A DNA stretch of 64,000 nucleotides from an uncultured Candidatus Saccharibacteria bacterium (GCA_964387275.1 CAYLVW010000001.1:355508-419507), one strand, 5' to 3'. Positions 1-9,588 are shown, counted from the first letter of the stretch. Notes: generated by a model not told the origin, from the sequence alone. Made by a program: numbers and translations.

Positions 1-901
1 GCATATCGTCCCAATTCTTTCTTTTTTAATTGCTCGACTTGTTGCATATACACTTGTGGGATTTGTACTTGGTGCTTTGGGATCAGTAGTTCAACTTTCA
101 TTATCAATGCGAATAATATTACAACTTGCAGTTGGTGTATTTATGCTAGGCACTGCCTTTAATCTTCTATACTTGCACCCGTTTTTTAGATATTTTGTTA
201 TCCAGCCCCCAAAATCCTTTGCAAAAATAGTGAAGGATCAGTCAAAAAGTAAAAAAATATTTGCCCCTGCTTTGTTAGGCGCAATGACTGTGCTTATACC
301 TTGTGGAGCTACTCAAGCAATGATGGCATATGCTATTTCGACTGGTTCACTAATTTCGGGTGGTGTAACAATGTTTGTGTTTATACTAGGAACCTCTCCC
401 TTATTTTTTATTCTTGGGTATGTACTTAAAAAAGCTAGGGAATCCGCTTTTTTTGGTTTTAACAAAATTGCATCTGCGGCAATTATTTTAGTTGCAATTT
501 ACAACATAAGCGGTGCTGTAGCTTTAACTGGTACAAAATGGACTTTTGAAAATATTGCTAAATCTATAAATTGTTCAATCAGCTTTTGTGATAACTCAGC
601 GTCATCAAATTTAGTAACAACAAAAACGGTTAATGAAGCGACTATTTATATAGAACAATCTGGGTACAGTTCAAGCCCCAGTGTCATTTATATAAAGGCG
701 GGATCTAGTGTTAAATTAAATTTAGTAAATAGAAGTGGTGCAGGATGTATTCAAGCATTCACAATTCCCAAACTAAATATTCAGCAAGTAATACCTATTG
801 GAAGTTCGACTACTTTAGAATTTGTTGCTCCAAATGAACGAGGACCTTTAGCATTTATGTGTAGTATGGGTATGTATAGAGGAGTGATAAACGTAATTTA
901 A
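1..901 (+). CDS. Multi-pass membrane protein (TauE/SafE- or DsbD-like core with PCGATQAMMAYA motif) fused to a C-terminal cupredoxin-like domain (FMCSMGMYRG); 5' end truncated by window edge
   Basis: Reading frame is open from nt 2 to stop at 901. Hydrophobic helices dominate the N-terminal part. The C-terminal ~90 aa is beta-rich with Cys/Met residues resembling a cupredoxin-like metal site. First gene of a metal-related operon. Confidence 0.45.
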   Translation, partial: HIVPILSFLIARLVAYTLVGFVLGALGSVVQLSLSMRIILQLAVGVFMLGTAFNLLYLHPFFRYFVIQPPKSFAKIVKDQSKSKKIFAPALLGAMTVLIPCGATQAMMAYAISTGSLISGGVTMFVFILGTSPLFFILGYVLKKARESAFFGFNKIASAAIILVAIYNISGAVALTGTKWTFENIAKSINCSISFCDNSASSNLVTTKTVNEATIYIEQSGYSSSPSVIYIKAGSSVKLNLVNRSGAGCIQAFTIPKLNIQQVIPIGSSTTLEFVAPNERGPLAFMCSMGMYRGVINVI

Positions 902-906
902 CGATT

Positions 907-1119
907 ATGCAAACTGTAACATTAAAAATCATAGGAATGCATTGTACAAGTTGTGCAATAAATATTGATCTGGAACTTGAAGAACTAAATGGTGTTGGCG
1001 AATCAGTTACTAGTTATGCCAAGATGGTGACAAAAGTTTCTTATGACTCAAATATAGTTAAATTGGAAAAAATTGTAGAAGTACTTAATTTATTAAAATA
1101 TGAGGTTAAATTGTTATGA
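907..1119 (+). CDS. copZ: Heavy-metal-associated (HMA) copper chaperone, CopZ-like
   Basis: 70 aa with the canonical GMHCTSC (GMxCxxC) metal-binding motif near the N-terminus. Its 3' end overlaps the next gene by 4 nt (ATGA). Confidence 0.8.
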   Translation: MQTVTLKIIGMHCTSCAINIDLELEELNGVGESVTSYAKMVTKVSYDSNIVKLEKIVEVLNLLKYEVKLL

Positions 1120-2066
1120 ATACCGATAAGAAATTTATATTAGGAATTGCCGCTTTTACAGCATTAGTTTTTGTTGGAATTATTTTTCTAGCCAACAAAA
1201 CGACTACAACACAGAATGGAGAAACCGTTCTTCCTGAAGATAAAAAGGAGCTTTTGAAAATTGCATCTGACGATTGGATAAAAGGAAATAAGGAAGCTAA
1301 AGTTGTAATAGTTGAATATTTAGATTTTGAATGCGAAGCGTGCGGAGCATATTATCCATTAGTTAAACAGCTATCAGAAGAATATAAAGACGATTTAGCA
1401 ATTGTGACTAGATATTTTCCATTACCCGGGCATAAAAATAGTATGACTTCTGCCACCGCTGTCGAGGCTGCAGGCAAACAGGGTAAATATTGGGAAATGT
1501 TCAATATTTTGTTCGACCATCAAAAGATTTGGGGTGAAAAACAAAGTCCAGATCCTGCTATATTCGAAGGATATGCTCAACAAATTGGTTTAAACATGGA
1601 TCAGTTTAAAAAAGACGTTGTATCCCAGGAAGTTAAAGATAGGGTTAATCGGGATAAAAGTTCTGGTATAAAGCTTGGAGTATCAGGAACACCTTCATTC
1701 TATCTAAATGGAAATAAAATCCCAAATCCCAAAGGACCTGATGACTTTAAATCCTTCATACAAGCCGAGATTTCTAAAACAACTAGTACTAAAACAACTA
1801 GTACTAAAACGGAGGTACAGCTTTATAGTAAAGATGATATTGCCCAGCATAACTTAGAAACAGACTGTTGGATGGCTATAGAGGGTAAAGTATATAATGT
1901 TACAGACTTTGTCGGTAAACACCCAGGTGGTAAGGCAATAATTAATGGTTGTGGTATAGATGCAACAGCATTGTTTAATGAACGCCCTACTAATAATAAA
2001 GGACCCCACCCTGACCAAGCGAAAGAGCTTCTTAAGGAATTTTATATTGGCGATCTTAAGTTGTAA
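1116..2066 (+). CDS. Fusion protein: N-terminal TM anchor + DsbA-like thioredoxin domain (CEAC active site) + Thr/Ser-Lys repeat linker + C-terminal cytochrome b5-like heme-binding domain
   Basis: The thioredoxin-fold region carries YLDFECEACGAY. The TTSTKTTSTKT linker comes from a direct DNA repeat at 1787-1812. The C-terminal LYSKDDIAQHNLETDCWMAIEGKVYNVTDFVGKHPGG matches the cyt b5 heme-binding signature (HPGG). Confidence 0.6.
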   Translation: MNTDKKFILGIAAFTALVFVGIIFLANKTTTTQNGETVLPEDKKELLKIASDDWIKGNKEAKVVIVEYLDFECEACGAYYPLVKQLSEEYKDDLAIVTRYFPLPGHKNSMTSATAVEAAGKQGKYWEMFNILFDHQKIWGEKQSPDPAIFEGYAQQIGLNMDQFKKDVVSQEVKDRVNRDKSSGIKLGVSGTPSFYLNGNKIPNPKGPDDFKSFIQAEISKTTSTKTTSTKTEVQLYSKDDIAQHNLETDCWMAIEGKVYNVTDFVGKHPGGKAIINGCGIDATALFNERPTNNKGPHPDQAKELLKEFYIGDLKL

Positions 2067-2085
2067 TAATTTTATAAGGATATGT

Positions 2086-2730
2086 ATGAATGAAAAAATG
2101 ACAGGCGAACAAACAAATTTAGAGCCTTCCAAATCAAGACGATTTGTATCTATTAAAAATAGAAAGATATTAGTAGCACTAATGCTATTAGGTGCTTTTA
2201 TAGGATTCGCTTTTTATTATAAGGGTGTCTTTGTTGCGGCCACGGTAAATGGAAGTCCTGTAACTAGGCTAAGTGTAATAATGGAACTAGAAAAGCAAGG
2301 AGGGAAAAATACACTAGATGCCCTTATTACCGAGAAGCTAATTGATAATGAGGCTAGAAAGAAAGAAGTTGTTGTAACCAACGATGAGATTGATCAAGAA
2401 ATTAAAAAAATAGAAGCATCAATTACACAACAGGGCGGTACACTTAATGACGCGTTACTACAACAAGGTATGACTTTGGATTCATTGAAGAAACAATTGT
2501 CTGTTCAGAAAAAAATTGAGAAAGTTTTGTCCGATAAGATACAAGTAATTGACGACGATATTTCAAAATATATTTCAGACAATAAAATTGAATTAGAATC
2601 AGGTAAAGAAACTGAAACAAAAAACCAAATAGCCCAACAGCTAAAAGGACAAAAGCTAAATCAGGAAGCATCTTCGTGGATAAATTCACTCAAAGCTGGC
2701 GCCAAAATCAACTACTATGTAAATTATTGA
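2086..2730 (+). CDS. Membrane-anchored SurA-N-like periplasmic chaperone domain protein
   Basis: Start chosen at the MNEKMTGEQ ATG at 2086, which has an AAGGA RBS. The longer ORF from 1960 overlaps the upstream gene. One TM helix followed by a SurA N-terminal-like helical region (LIDNEARKKEVVVTNDEIDQEIKKIEA). Confidence 0.45.
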   Translation: MNEKMTGEQTNLEPSKSRRFVSIKNRKILVALMLLGAFIGFAFYYKGVFVAATVNGSPVTRLSVIMELEKQGGKNTLDALITEKLIDNEARKKEVVVTNDEIDQEIKKIEASITQQGGTLNDALLQQGMTLDSLKKQLSVQKKIEKVLSDKIQVIDDDISKYISDNKIELESGKETETKNQIAQQLKGQKLNQEASSWINSLKAGAKINYYVNY

Positions 2731-2765
2731 TCGTATATGCATAAGGCATGAAGTAAAATAGAAAT

Positions 2766-4667
2766 ATGCTTGTTTATGAATTACTAAAAAATACGAAATT
2801 TAAAAGGTTGGCTTTAACATTGCTTCTGGTTATTCCGTTTGAAGTATTGTCTCTTTTTTCGATTCATTTACCCCAGTTTATTGAGATAGCAGTTTTCAGT
2901 ATTATAATGCTTATCTTTGGTAAAAATGTAATTATTAACGGTCTAAGAAGCCTCATGCACCTAAATTTTTCTAATATAAATCTGCTAATGACAATTGCAG
3001 TATTTGGAGCTCTATATTTAGGGGAGTTAGAAGAGGCTGTTATTATTATTGTTCTTTTTGCCATAAGTGAGACATTAGAAGAGTTTGGTATTCGCAAAAG
3101 TCAAAACTCACTTGAGGAACTTGTTAAAAAAACTCCGAAAACGGCACTCATAAAAGGTCATGATGATAAAACACCTATTGAAAATATATCTGTCGGGGAG
3201 ATCCTTGTAGTAAAGCCAGGCGATTATATTCCTCTGGATTGTGTAGTTGTAGAAGGGAACTCATTAGTTGATGAGAGTACAATAACAGGCGAACCTTTAC
3301 CCAAAAGCAAATTTCCAGGTGAATTGGTATATGCAGGAACACTTAATACCCAGGGATATTTAGAAATCAGAGTTATCAAGGTTTCAAAAGATACTACTTT
3401 AGCTAAGATTGTGGAATTAACATTCCAATCTATAGAAAAAAAGTCACGTGCCACTAAATTTATTGAGAATTTTGCACTTTACTACACACCTACAATAATT
3501 GTCATTGCAACTTTACTAACAATAGTTCCTTTTTTTGTTTTCGGACAACCTTTTACTGTCTGGTTTACGCAAAGTCTTACAGTTCTGCTAATTGCGTGTC
3601 CTTGTGCTTTAGTCATTTCAACACCAATAACAATATTCTCTGCAATTGGGAATGCTACTAAAAGAGGCGCTTTAGTAAAAGGTGGTCAATTTTTAGAGGA
3701 AATGGGGAAAATAAGAGCCATAGCTTTTGATAAAACGAGAACCTTAACTAAAGGAGAGCCTCTCGTATCTGATATTGTTACTTTCGATGGGGTTTCAAAA
3801 GAAGAGCTGCTTAATTGTGTTGCCGGTGCTGAATCTCTTTCTGAACACCCTATTGCGAAAAGTATTGTTGAAAGAGCAAATACCGTAGATGGAGAAAATC
3901 ACTCATACTCAAACTTTAAATCCGTTATGGGTAAAGGTATTAGTGGGGAATGTTTAGTTTGCGTTGATAAACACCACTGCATAGGTACTTTGGAATACAT
4001 TATGGAAGAACATAAAGTTGACACCAAAGTAATAGAAATAGTTGAGAAATTTGAAAAAGAAGGTAAGACAGCGATTGTAATTAGTTCTAATAAGCACATT
4101 GAGGGAGTTATTGGTGTTACTGATACGATTAGAAGTGAAAGTAAACAAATTGTAATGGACTTAAATAAACTCGGAGTAACTTCCATCATGCTTACTGGAG
4201 ATAATGCGTCGGCAGCTGCGTATGTGTCAAAAGAAGTTGGTATTAGTGAGTTTTATGCCAAGCTTCTACCTGATGAGAAAGTTTCAAATTTATTAGAATT
4301 GGTCAGAAAATATAAAAATGTTGCGATGGTTGGAGATGGCGTGAATGATGCTCCTGCCCTTGCAACTGCTTCAGTCGGTATTGCAATGGGTGCTGTTGGA
4401 TCGGATGTAGCTATTGAAAACGCAGATATAGCATTGATGAACAATAATTTAAGCCTACTACCATTTTTGATTAGTCTTGGTAGAAAAGCTATAAGGACTA
4501 TTAAGTTAAACACTACTTTGGCAATTGGAGTAAAACTGTTTTTCCTATTTTTTGCGCTGATTGGAAAAGGTAATCTTGCCTTAGCCATATTTGCTGACGT
4601 TGGTGTTACTTTACTAGTAGTGGCAAATAGTTTGAAATTATTTAATTATGATATGGAAACAAAATAG
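2766..4667 (+). CDS. P1B-type heavy-metal translocating P-type ATPase (Cu+/Zn2+/Cd2+ type, CPC motif), without N-terminal HMA domain
   Basis: CPC in CPCALVIS of TM6, DKTRTLT phosphorylation motif, TGDN, and GDGVNDAPAL hinge. 633 aa. Confidence 0.85.
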   Translation: MLVYELLKNTKFKRLALTLLLVIPFEVLSLFSIHLPQFIEIAVFSIIMLIFGKNVIINGLRSLMHLNFSNINLLMTIAVFGALYLGELEEAVIIIVLFAISETLEEFGIRKSQNSLEELVKKTPKTALIKGHDDKTPIENISVGEILVVKPGDYIPLDCVVVEGNSLVDESTITGEPLPKSKFPGELVYAGTLNTQGYLEIRVIKVSKDTTLAKIVELTFQSIEKKSRATKFIENFALYYTPTIIVIATLLTIVPFFVFGQPFTVWFTQSLTVLLIACPCALVISTPITIFSAIGNATKRGALVKGGQFLEEMGKIRAIAFDKTRTLTKGEPLVSDIVTFDGVSKEELLNCVAGAESLSEHPIAKSIVERANTVDGENHSYSNFKSVMGKGISGECLVCVDKHHCIGTLEYIMEEHKVDTKVIEIVEKFEKEGKTAIVISSNKHIEGVIGVTDTIRSESKQIVMDLNKLGVTSIMLTGDNASAAAYVSKEVGISEFYAKLLPDEKVSNLLELVRKYKNVAMVGDGVNDAPALATASVGIAMGAVGSDVAIENADIALMNNNLSLLPFLISLGRKAIRTIKLNTTLAIGVKLFFLFFALIGKGNLALAIFADVGVTLLVVANSLKLFNYDMETK

Positions 4668-5882
4668 ATGTTAGATATAAATAAGGTACGTCAAGACTTT
4701 CCATTGTTGGCAGAGAACGGCAAAGGCAAAAATCTTATATATTTTGATAATGCGTGCCAGAGTTTACGCCCCAATCAAGTTATTGATAAAGTTGCAGAGT
4801 ATTATCGTGAATACCCCGCCTGCGGTGGGCGCAGTATGCATCGATTAGCCACGAAAGTAACTAACCAGTGTGATGAAGCCCGAGAGGTTATTGCAAACCT
4901 TATCAAAGCTAAAAAGAAAGAGGAAATTATATTTACTCGCAATACGACCGAAGGAATAAATTTAGTAGCTAACAGTATTGGTTTACAAAATGGCGATGTG
5001 GTTATAACAACTGATAGAGAGCATAATTCCAACTTAATTCCATGGCAGGTTCTTAAGAAGAAAATTGGTATTGTCCATAAAATTATCGCCACTAACTCAG
5101 ATGGGCTTTTAGACATGGAAACTTATCAAAAGGTACTTAACGAGGGGGCCAAGCTTGTTTCAATGGGATATACATCTAATTTAGATGGTGTCAGCATCAA
5201 TGCAGAGAGTGTAATAAATATAGCACATAAGTATGGAGCAAAAGTGTTATTGGATGGTGCTCAAGCTATTCCGCATAAAAATGTAAATGTATCTAAATTG
5301 GATGCGGATTTCCTAGTATTTTCAGGACACAAAATGCTGGGTCCTTCGGGTATTGGTGTGCTATATGGTAAACAACAGTTATTAGATAACTTGGAGCCGT
5401 TTTTGGTTGGTGGGGACACGGTTGAATCGTCAACATATGATTCTCATATTTTTTTACCATCTCCCGAAAAGTTTGAGGCGGGACTACAGGACTACGCAGG
5501 AATTATTGGTTTGGGAGAGGCAGTGAGGTACTTAAACAATATAAGCGTTGATGCAATTCAAAAACAAGAACTGGAATTAAACACATTTATAACCTCTGAG
5601 ATTACGAAAAACCCTAGATTGAAAATACTCGGACCTAAAGACCCCGCCTATCGTAGCGGTATTATTTCCTTTACTGTTGAAGGAGCCGATGTACATCAAG
5701 TAGCACTTATGTTGGATAGTTCGGCTGGTATTATGATACGTTCTGGGCAACATTGCGTTCATTCATGGTTTAATGCCCGAAACATAAAAGGCTCTGTTAG
5801 AGCATCTTTGTATTTTTACAATACACTTAAGGAAGCCGAGCAATTTGTTATAAGTTTAGATAAGGTATTGAGGGTGATTTAA
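4668..5882 (+). CDS. sufS: Cysteine desulfurase, class V aminotransferase (SufS/CsdA group II)
   Basis: PLP-lysine region SGHKMLGPSGIGVLYG and the group II active-site loop RSGQHCVHSW. The ATG immediately follows the ATPase stop, indicating translational coupling. Confidence 0.75.
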   Translation: MLDINKVRQDFPLLAENGKGKNLIYFDNACQSLRPNQVIDKVAEYYREYPACGGRSMHRLATKVTNQCDEAREVIANLIKAKKKEEIIFTRNTTEGINLVANSIGLQNGDVVITTDREHNSNLIPWQVLKKKIGIVHKIIATNSDGLLDMETYQKVLNEGAKLVSMGYTSNLDGVSINAESVINIAHKYGAKVLLDGAQAIPHKNVNVSKLDADFLVFSGHKMLGPSGIGVLYGKQQLLDNLEPFLVGGDTVESSTYDSHIFLPSPEKFEAGLQDYAGIIGLGEAVRYLNNISVDAIQKQELELNTFITSEITKNPRLKILGPKDPAYRSGIISFTVEGADVHQVALMLDSSAGIMIRSGQHCVHSWFNARNIKGSVRASLYFYNTLKEAEQFVISLDKVLRVI

Positions 5883-5884
5883 AT

Positions 5885-6817
5885 ATGATTTGTATTGTAG
5901 CTTTTGTCGTTTTATCTATATTAGGAATATTTAGTGCCACCCACCGATTGTTAGCAAAGGAGGCTTTGGATTGTGTATTACGTAGGATAACACTGAGACC
6001 TTGTACGACAGGCTTTAACGAGAGAATTAAAGCACAGATTTTAGGAAAGGTTCTTGGAAAATCGGAAGTAGCTGCAAAATTTCTTAATAAACATTTTGAG
6101 ATATTTTCATGGGTTCTATTTCTCACAATGATAGGTAGCCTTTTCTGGACTACAAAGGGACTACTTAACTTCTACATGTATGGCAGTTGCAACGGATTAA
6201 ATAAATCAGGGTTTTGTGCCCTAGACCCTAAAGGAGAAAACAACAAAGTTTCTCAGGCAGGTGGTAGCTGTGCTACAGGAGAAGGTGACGAAAGCAACGT
6301 GACACTCGTTGATGTAAATTTATCTATATTTCCCACTATAACTAGTGATTCTAGCGATACCGTTGTATTTATAGGCTGCTATAGTTGTGATTACACTAGA
6401 AAAGCCTACCCGCTTATAAAGAAATTAATAAGTGAAAATAATGTTAACTATATATTTGCTCACTATCCTGTTAAAGAGGAAACACTGTATCTTCTTCCGA
6501 TAGGTTATTGTGCATACAAGCAGGATAAAGATAAATTTTGGGAGTTAAATGACAGGCTGTTTTCCAGCGAAAAAAGTGATATTTCTCAAAGGGAGTTTGT
6601 GGACTCATTACTCAAAGATGTTGGTTACGACTTGACTGCAATAAACACATGTAGCACTTCAGAAGAAACAAATTTGGAGGTTGTAGCTAGACGAATTACA
6701 CTTGAAAAAACTAATATTTACGGAACTCCTTTAGTTTTTATAAACGGCAAGGGATTAGTTGGCCCCAAACCCTATAGAGTATATGAACGTATACTTAAGG
6801 GGTGGAGGTTTTGGTGA
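5885..6817 (+). CDS. Membrane-anchored thioredoxin-fold (DsbA-like) protein with CYSC motif
   Basis: N-terminal TM helices. The C-terminal domain has VVFIGCYSCDYTRKAYP (CxxC) in a DsbA-like context. Ends with TGA. Confidence 0.4.
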   Translation: MICIVAFVVLSILGIFSATHRLLAKEALDCVLRRITLRPCTTGFNERIKAQILGKVLGKSEVAAKFLNKHFEIFSWVLFLTMIGSLFWTTKGLLNFYMYGSCNGLNKSGFCALDPKGENNKVSQAGGSCATGEGDESNVTLVDVNLSIFPTITSDSSDTVVFIGCYSCDYTRKAYPLIKKLISENNVNYIFAHYPVKEETLYLLPIGYCAYKQDKDKFWELNDRLFSSEKSDISQREFVDSLLKDVGYDLTAINTCSTSEETNLEVVARRITLEKTNIYGTPLVFINGKGLVGPKPYRVYERILKGWRFW

Positions 6818-6821
6818 CCAC

Positions 6822-7301
6822 ATGTTGAAAATAAAAGAAGAAGTGATAGTAGAAGTTCCATCACAGAATGTTTATTATTTTTTAACACATATAGACGAGT
6901 TGTACAAAATTTGGCATCCTAAACACCATGTTTTTTGTAAAACTATATATAAGAATCTTACTGAAACTGGATGTGTATTCCACTTTTTAGAAATAATCGG
7001 AGGAGTTCCCCTATATTTAGTGGTTAAAGTTTCACTGATAAAGAATAATCAGTATATTGAGTATAAACCTATATTTCCTGTATCCATTTTTAACTTAGGA
7101 GCTGGATATTTCGATATAGAAGCTATTTCTGAAAATAAAACAAAACTTACTGCCGTTGTTGAATTTGGAGATCGTTTTGGTTTACTGGAAAAGATTTGCC
7201 AAGTATTCTTAAAAACTCCAACTCTTAGGCAACACCTTAAAGAAGAGGGCGTTTATTTAAAAAGATATTTAGAGAATCCTATTGCACAAAACTGTTTATA
7301 A
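6822..7301 (+). CDS. Hypothetical protein, possible SRPBCC (START/Bet v1-like) fold
   Basis: Start reassigned to the MLKIKEEV ATG at 6822, which has a GGAGG-like RBS. The longer ORF from 6759 overlaps the upstream gene. The fold assignment is weak. Confidence 0.3.
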   Translation: MLKIKEEVIVEVPSQNVYYFLTHIDELYKIWHPKHHVFCKTIYKNLTETGCVFHFLEIIGGVPLYLVVKVSLIKNNQYIEYKPIFPVSIFNLGAGYFDIEAISENKTKLTAVVEFGDRFGLLEKICQVFLKTPTLRQHLKEEGVYLKRYLENPIAQNCL

Positions 7302-7341
7302 CTAGACTTGTACTATCATTTGCGTCATCAATGTATATAGT

Positions 7342-8622
7342 ATGGAACAAGAACTCAAATACTGCCTATATGCAAGAAAAAGCTCAGAATCAGACGAAAG
7401 GCAGGCAATGTCCATTGAGAGCCAGATCAAGGAAATGTCTGCAATTATCAAACGAGACAAGTTAAATGTAGTTGATATTAGGCAAGAAAGTCATTCCGCT
7501 AAGGTTTCTAGTGCTAGGCCCGTATTCAACCAATTAATCGATGATTTAAAGAAAGGTGAGTTTAACGCTATTTTAACTTGGGCACCAGATCGAATGTCAC
7601 GTAACGCAGGCGATTTAGGCTCTTTAGTCGACTTAATGGATAGTGGCAAACTTGCACAAATTAAAACGTATTCACAGGTTTTTACGAACAATCCAAACGA
7701 AAAGTTTTTATTAATGATACTTTGTTCACAGGCAAAACTGGAAAATGATAACAGAGGTTTAAACGTGAAACGTGGTATCAGAAACAAATGTGAATTGGGT
7801 TGGAGACCCTGCATGCCCCCGCTTGGATATCACAGTAGAGCTATAGATGGGGTAAAAGACATAGTTATTGATCCGATTCGTGGACCTTTAATAAAAGAGC
7901 TCTTTGAGCTAATAGCTTTAGTTGGTATGAGCGGAAGATCCGCAAGAAAGATGCTTTACAAAGAGAAAAACTTTAAGACCAGAAACGCTAAAGATATAAC
8001 TTTGAGTATGGTTTATAAAATTCTTCGCAACCCCTTTTATTATGGCCAATTTGAGTATCCAGTAGGAAGCGGTACTTGGTATAAAGGAAAACACGAACCA
8101 TTAATAACTAAAGAGATATTTGATAAGGTACAAGATCGTTTAGAAATCCCAGAAAAAGCGAAATGGAGATCGAAAAACTTTGCATTTACAAGAATGATTC
8201 ATTGTGGTGAATGTGGAACCATAATTGTCGCTGAGGAAAAATTTAGGAATCTTCTCGATGGAACGAAACGAAAGCATGTTTACTATCATTGTGGTAGACC
8301 AAAAGACGACAGGGAATGTCACCAACCATATCTATCCGAAGACGAATTAGTAAGTCAGCTTATCGAGATCGTGGATACTGTAAAACTTGATTCAAAGGAA
8401 ATGGGAAAGAAGATTAAGCAAGAGTTCGATAGGTATCAGACTTTCGGGAATTTAATCCTAGATGATCACTCTGAAAAAATGCCAGAGTTTAATCACACGA
8501 TTGATATTTCAACCTTTGCTAAACACATCCTAAAAGTAGGGTCTAGTGACGAAAAACGAGAAATCCTTAACCTGATGAAAACCAAGTTTCTATTGAAAGA
8601 TCGTCGAATTACACTTAGCTGA
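7342..8622 (+). CDS. Large serine recombinase (resolvase/invertase-type catalytic domain + recombinase domain + zinc ribbon)
   Basis: The N-terminal YARKSSESDERQAMSIESQ matches the serine-recombinase catalytic motif. A central recombinase domain is present, and CGECGT...HCGRP gives a zinc ribbon. Typical of phage or integrative-element integrases. Confidence 0.75.
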   Translation: MEQELKYCLYARKSSESDERQAMSIESQIKEMSAIIKRDKLNVVDIRQESHSAKVSSARPVFNQLIDDLKKGEFNAILTWAPDRMSRNAGDLGSLVDLMDSGKLAQIKTYSQVFTNNPNEKFLLMILCSQAKLENDNRGLNVKRGIRNKCELGWRPCMPPLGYHSRAIDGVKDIVIDPIRGPLIKELFELIALVGMSGRSARKMLYKEKNFKTRNAKDITLSMVYKILRNPFYYGQFEYPVGSGTWYKGKHEPLITKEIFDKVQDRLEIPEKAKWRSKNFAFTRMIHCGECGTIIVAEEKFRNLLDGTKRKHVYYHCGRPKDDRECHQPYLSEDELVSQLIEIVDTVKLDSKEMGKKIKQEFDRYQTFGNLILDDHSEKMPEFNHTIDISTFAKHILKVGSSDEKREILNLMKTKFLLKDRRITLS

Positions 8623-8668
8623 TTTCAACAATCTTGCAAATTAACAATATAGGCTTCATCATTAATTA

Positions 8669-9172
8669 ATGGGAAATTTATATGTAATTGTTGGTATCGT
8701 TCTTATCTTGGGAGTTGTACTTGGCTTATTATCTTCTAAATTTGGTGAAGATATTTCCGATAAAAAACGCCAATATAAGTATCAAAAGAAAGATTACCTA
8801 TTATCTCGTGCGGAACATCAGTTTTTTGATGTTTTAGTTGATGCATTAGGTGACCACTACTACGTCTTCCCTCAAATTCATTTAATTACTTTACTCGATC
8901 ACAAAATAAATGGACAGAATTGGAGAGGGGCTTTTAGGCATATTGACGAGAAGTCAGTAGATTTTGTGATTTGTGATAAAAGTTATATAAAACCATTAGT
9001 TGCAATAGAGCTGGATGATAAGTCTCATGGAACTGAGAATAGGATCGAAAGAGACGAAGAAGTAAAAAGGATTCTACAAGATGCAGGGGTACCCTTGTTA
9101 CGTTTCGAAAACCATGGAAGTTTTGATAAAGAAGAAATAAAAAATCGTATTATTAATGCTTTAGGAAAGTAA
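8669..9172 (+). CDS. DUF2726/NERD-like restriction-endonuclease-fold protein with N-terminal TM helix
   Basis: VDFVICD...IELDDKSHGTENRIERDEEV fits a D-(E/D)xK nuclease-like core, as seen in DUF2726 proteins. Confidence 0.35.
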   Translation: MGNLYVIVGIVLILGVVLGLLSSKFGEDISDKKRQYKYQKKDYLLSRAEHQFFDVLVDALGDHYYVFPQIHLITLLDHKINGQNWRGAFRHIDEKSVDFVICDKSYIKPLVAIELDDKSHGTENRIERDEEVKRILQDAGVPLLRFENHGSFDKEEIKNRIINALGK

Positions 9173-9376
9173 CTTCATAAAATTAGTAGCCATATAGCGA
9201 TAGAAAAGGCTGTGTAGAACACTGGTATTTGCCCTATACCCATACGGTCTAGAACCGGCACCCTCAATAAGACTATTTAATAAAAAAACGATGATAAATA
9301 AGGATAACCCATTACGGTCATCTGGAACATTGGGACTTGCCTATAACCACCTGAGTAGGGTGGAACAATGAGATTC

Positions 9377-9451
9377 TGGTGACCCTACGGAGAATCGAAC
9401 TCCGATTGCCAGGATGAAAACCTGGCGTCCTAACCATTAGACGATAGGGCC
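9377..9451 (-). tRNA. tRNA-Glu (anticodon UUC), CCA encoded
   Basis: The reverse complement folds as GGCCCTA / D-arm / CCAGG-TTTTCAT-CCTGG / GGAGTTCGATTCTCC / TAGGGTC-A-CCA, giving anticodon TTC. Confidence 0.85.
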
Positions 9452-9588
9452 ATATAAGCACAGATATATCTTATCAAAAACTAGGAATAGTATTTAGTGG
9501 AATCTGTACAAAATAACCTGTAGATTTTACCAATAAACCCCAAGAAATAGCAATATTCACCTAATTTTAGTAGAATGATCATGTTATT

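Noticed and set aside
1960-2085. N-terminal 42-codon extension of the SurA-like gene, and antisense ORF 1854..2132(-)
   Set aside because: The extension overlaps the 3' end of the upstream DsbA-cyt b5 gene in another frame. An internal ATG at 2086 with a good RBS gives a sensible TM-anchored start. The antisense ORF is a shadow.
9200-9376. A second tRNA or att-repeat remnant between DUF2726 gene and tRNA-Glu
   Set aside because: Short similarities to the tRNA-Glu 3' half (GCCCTATACC / GCCTATAACC) do not fold into a cloverleaf and are too degenerate to call.
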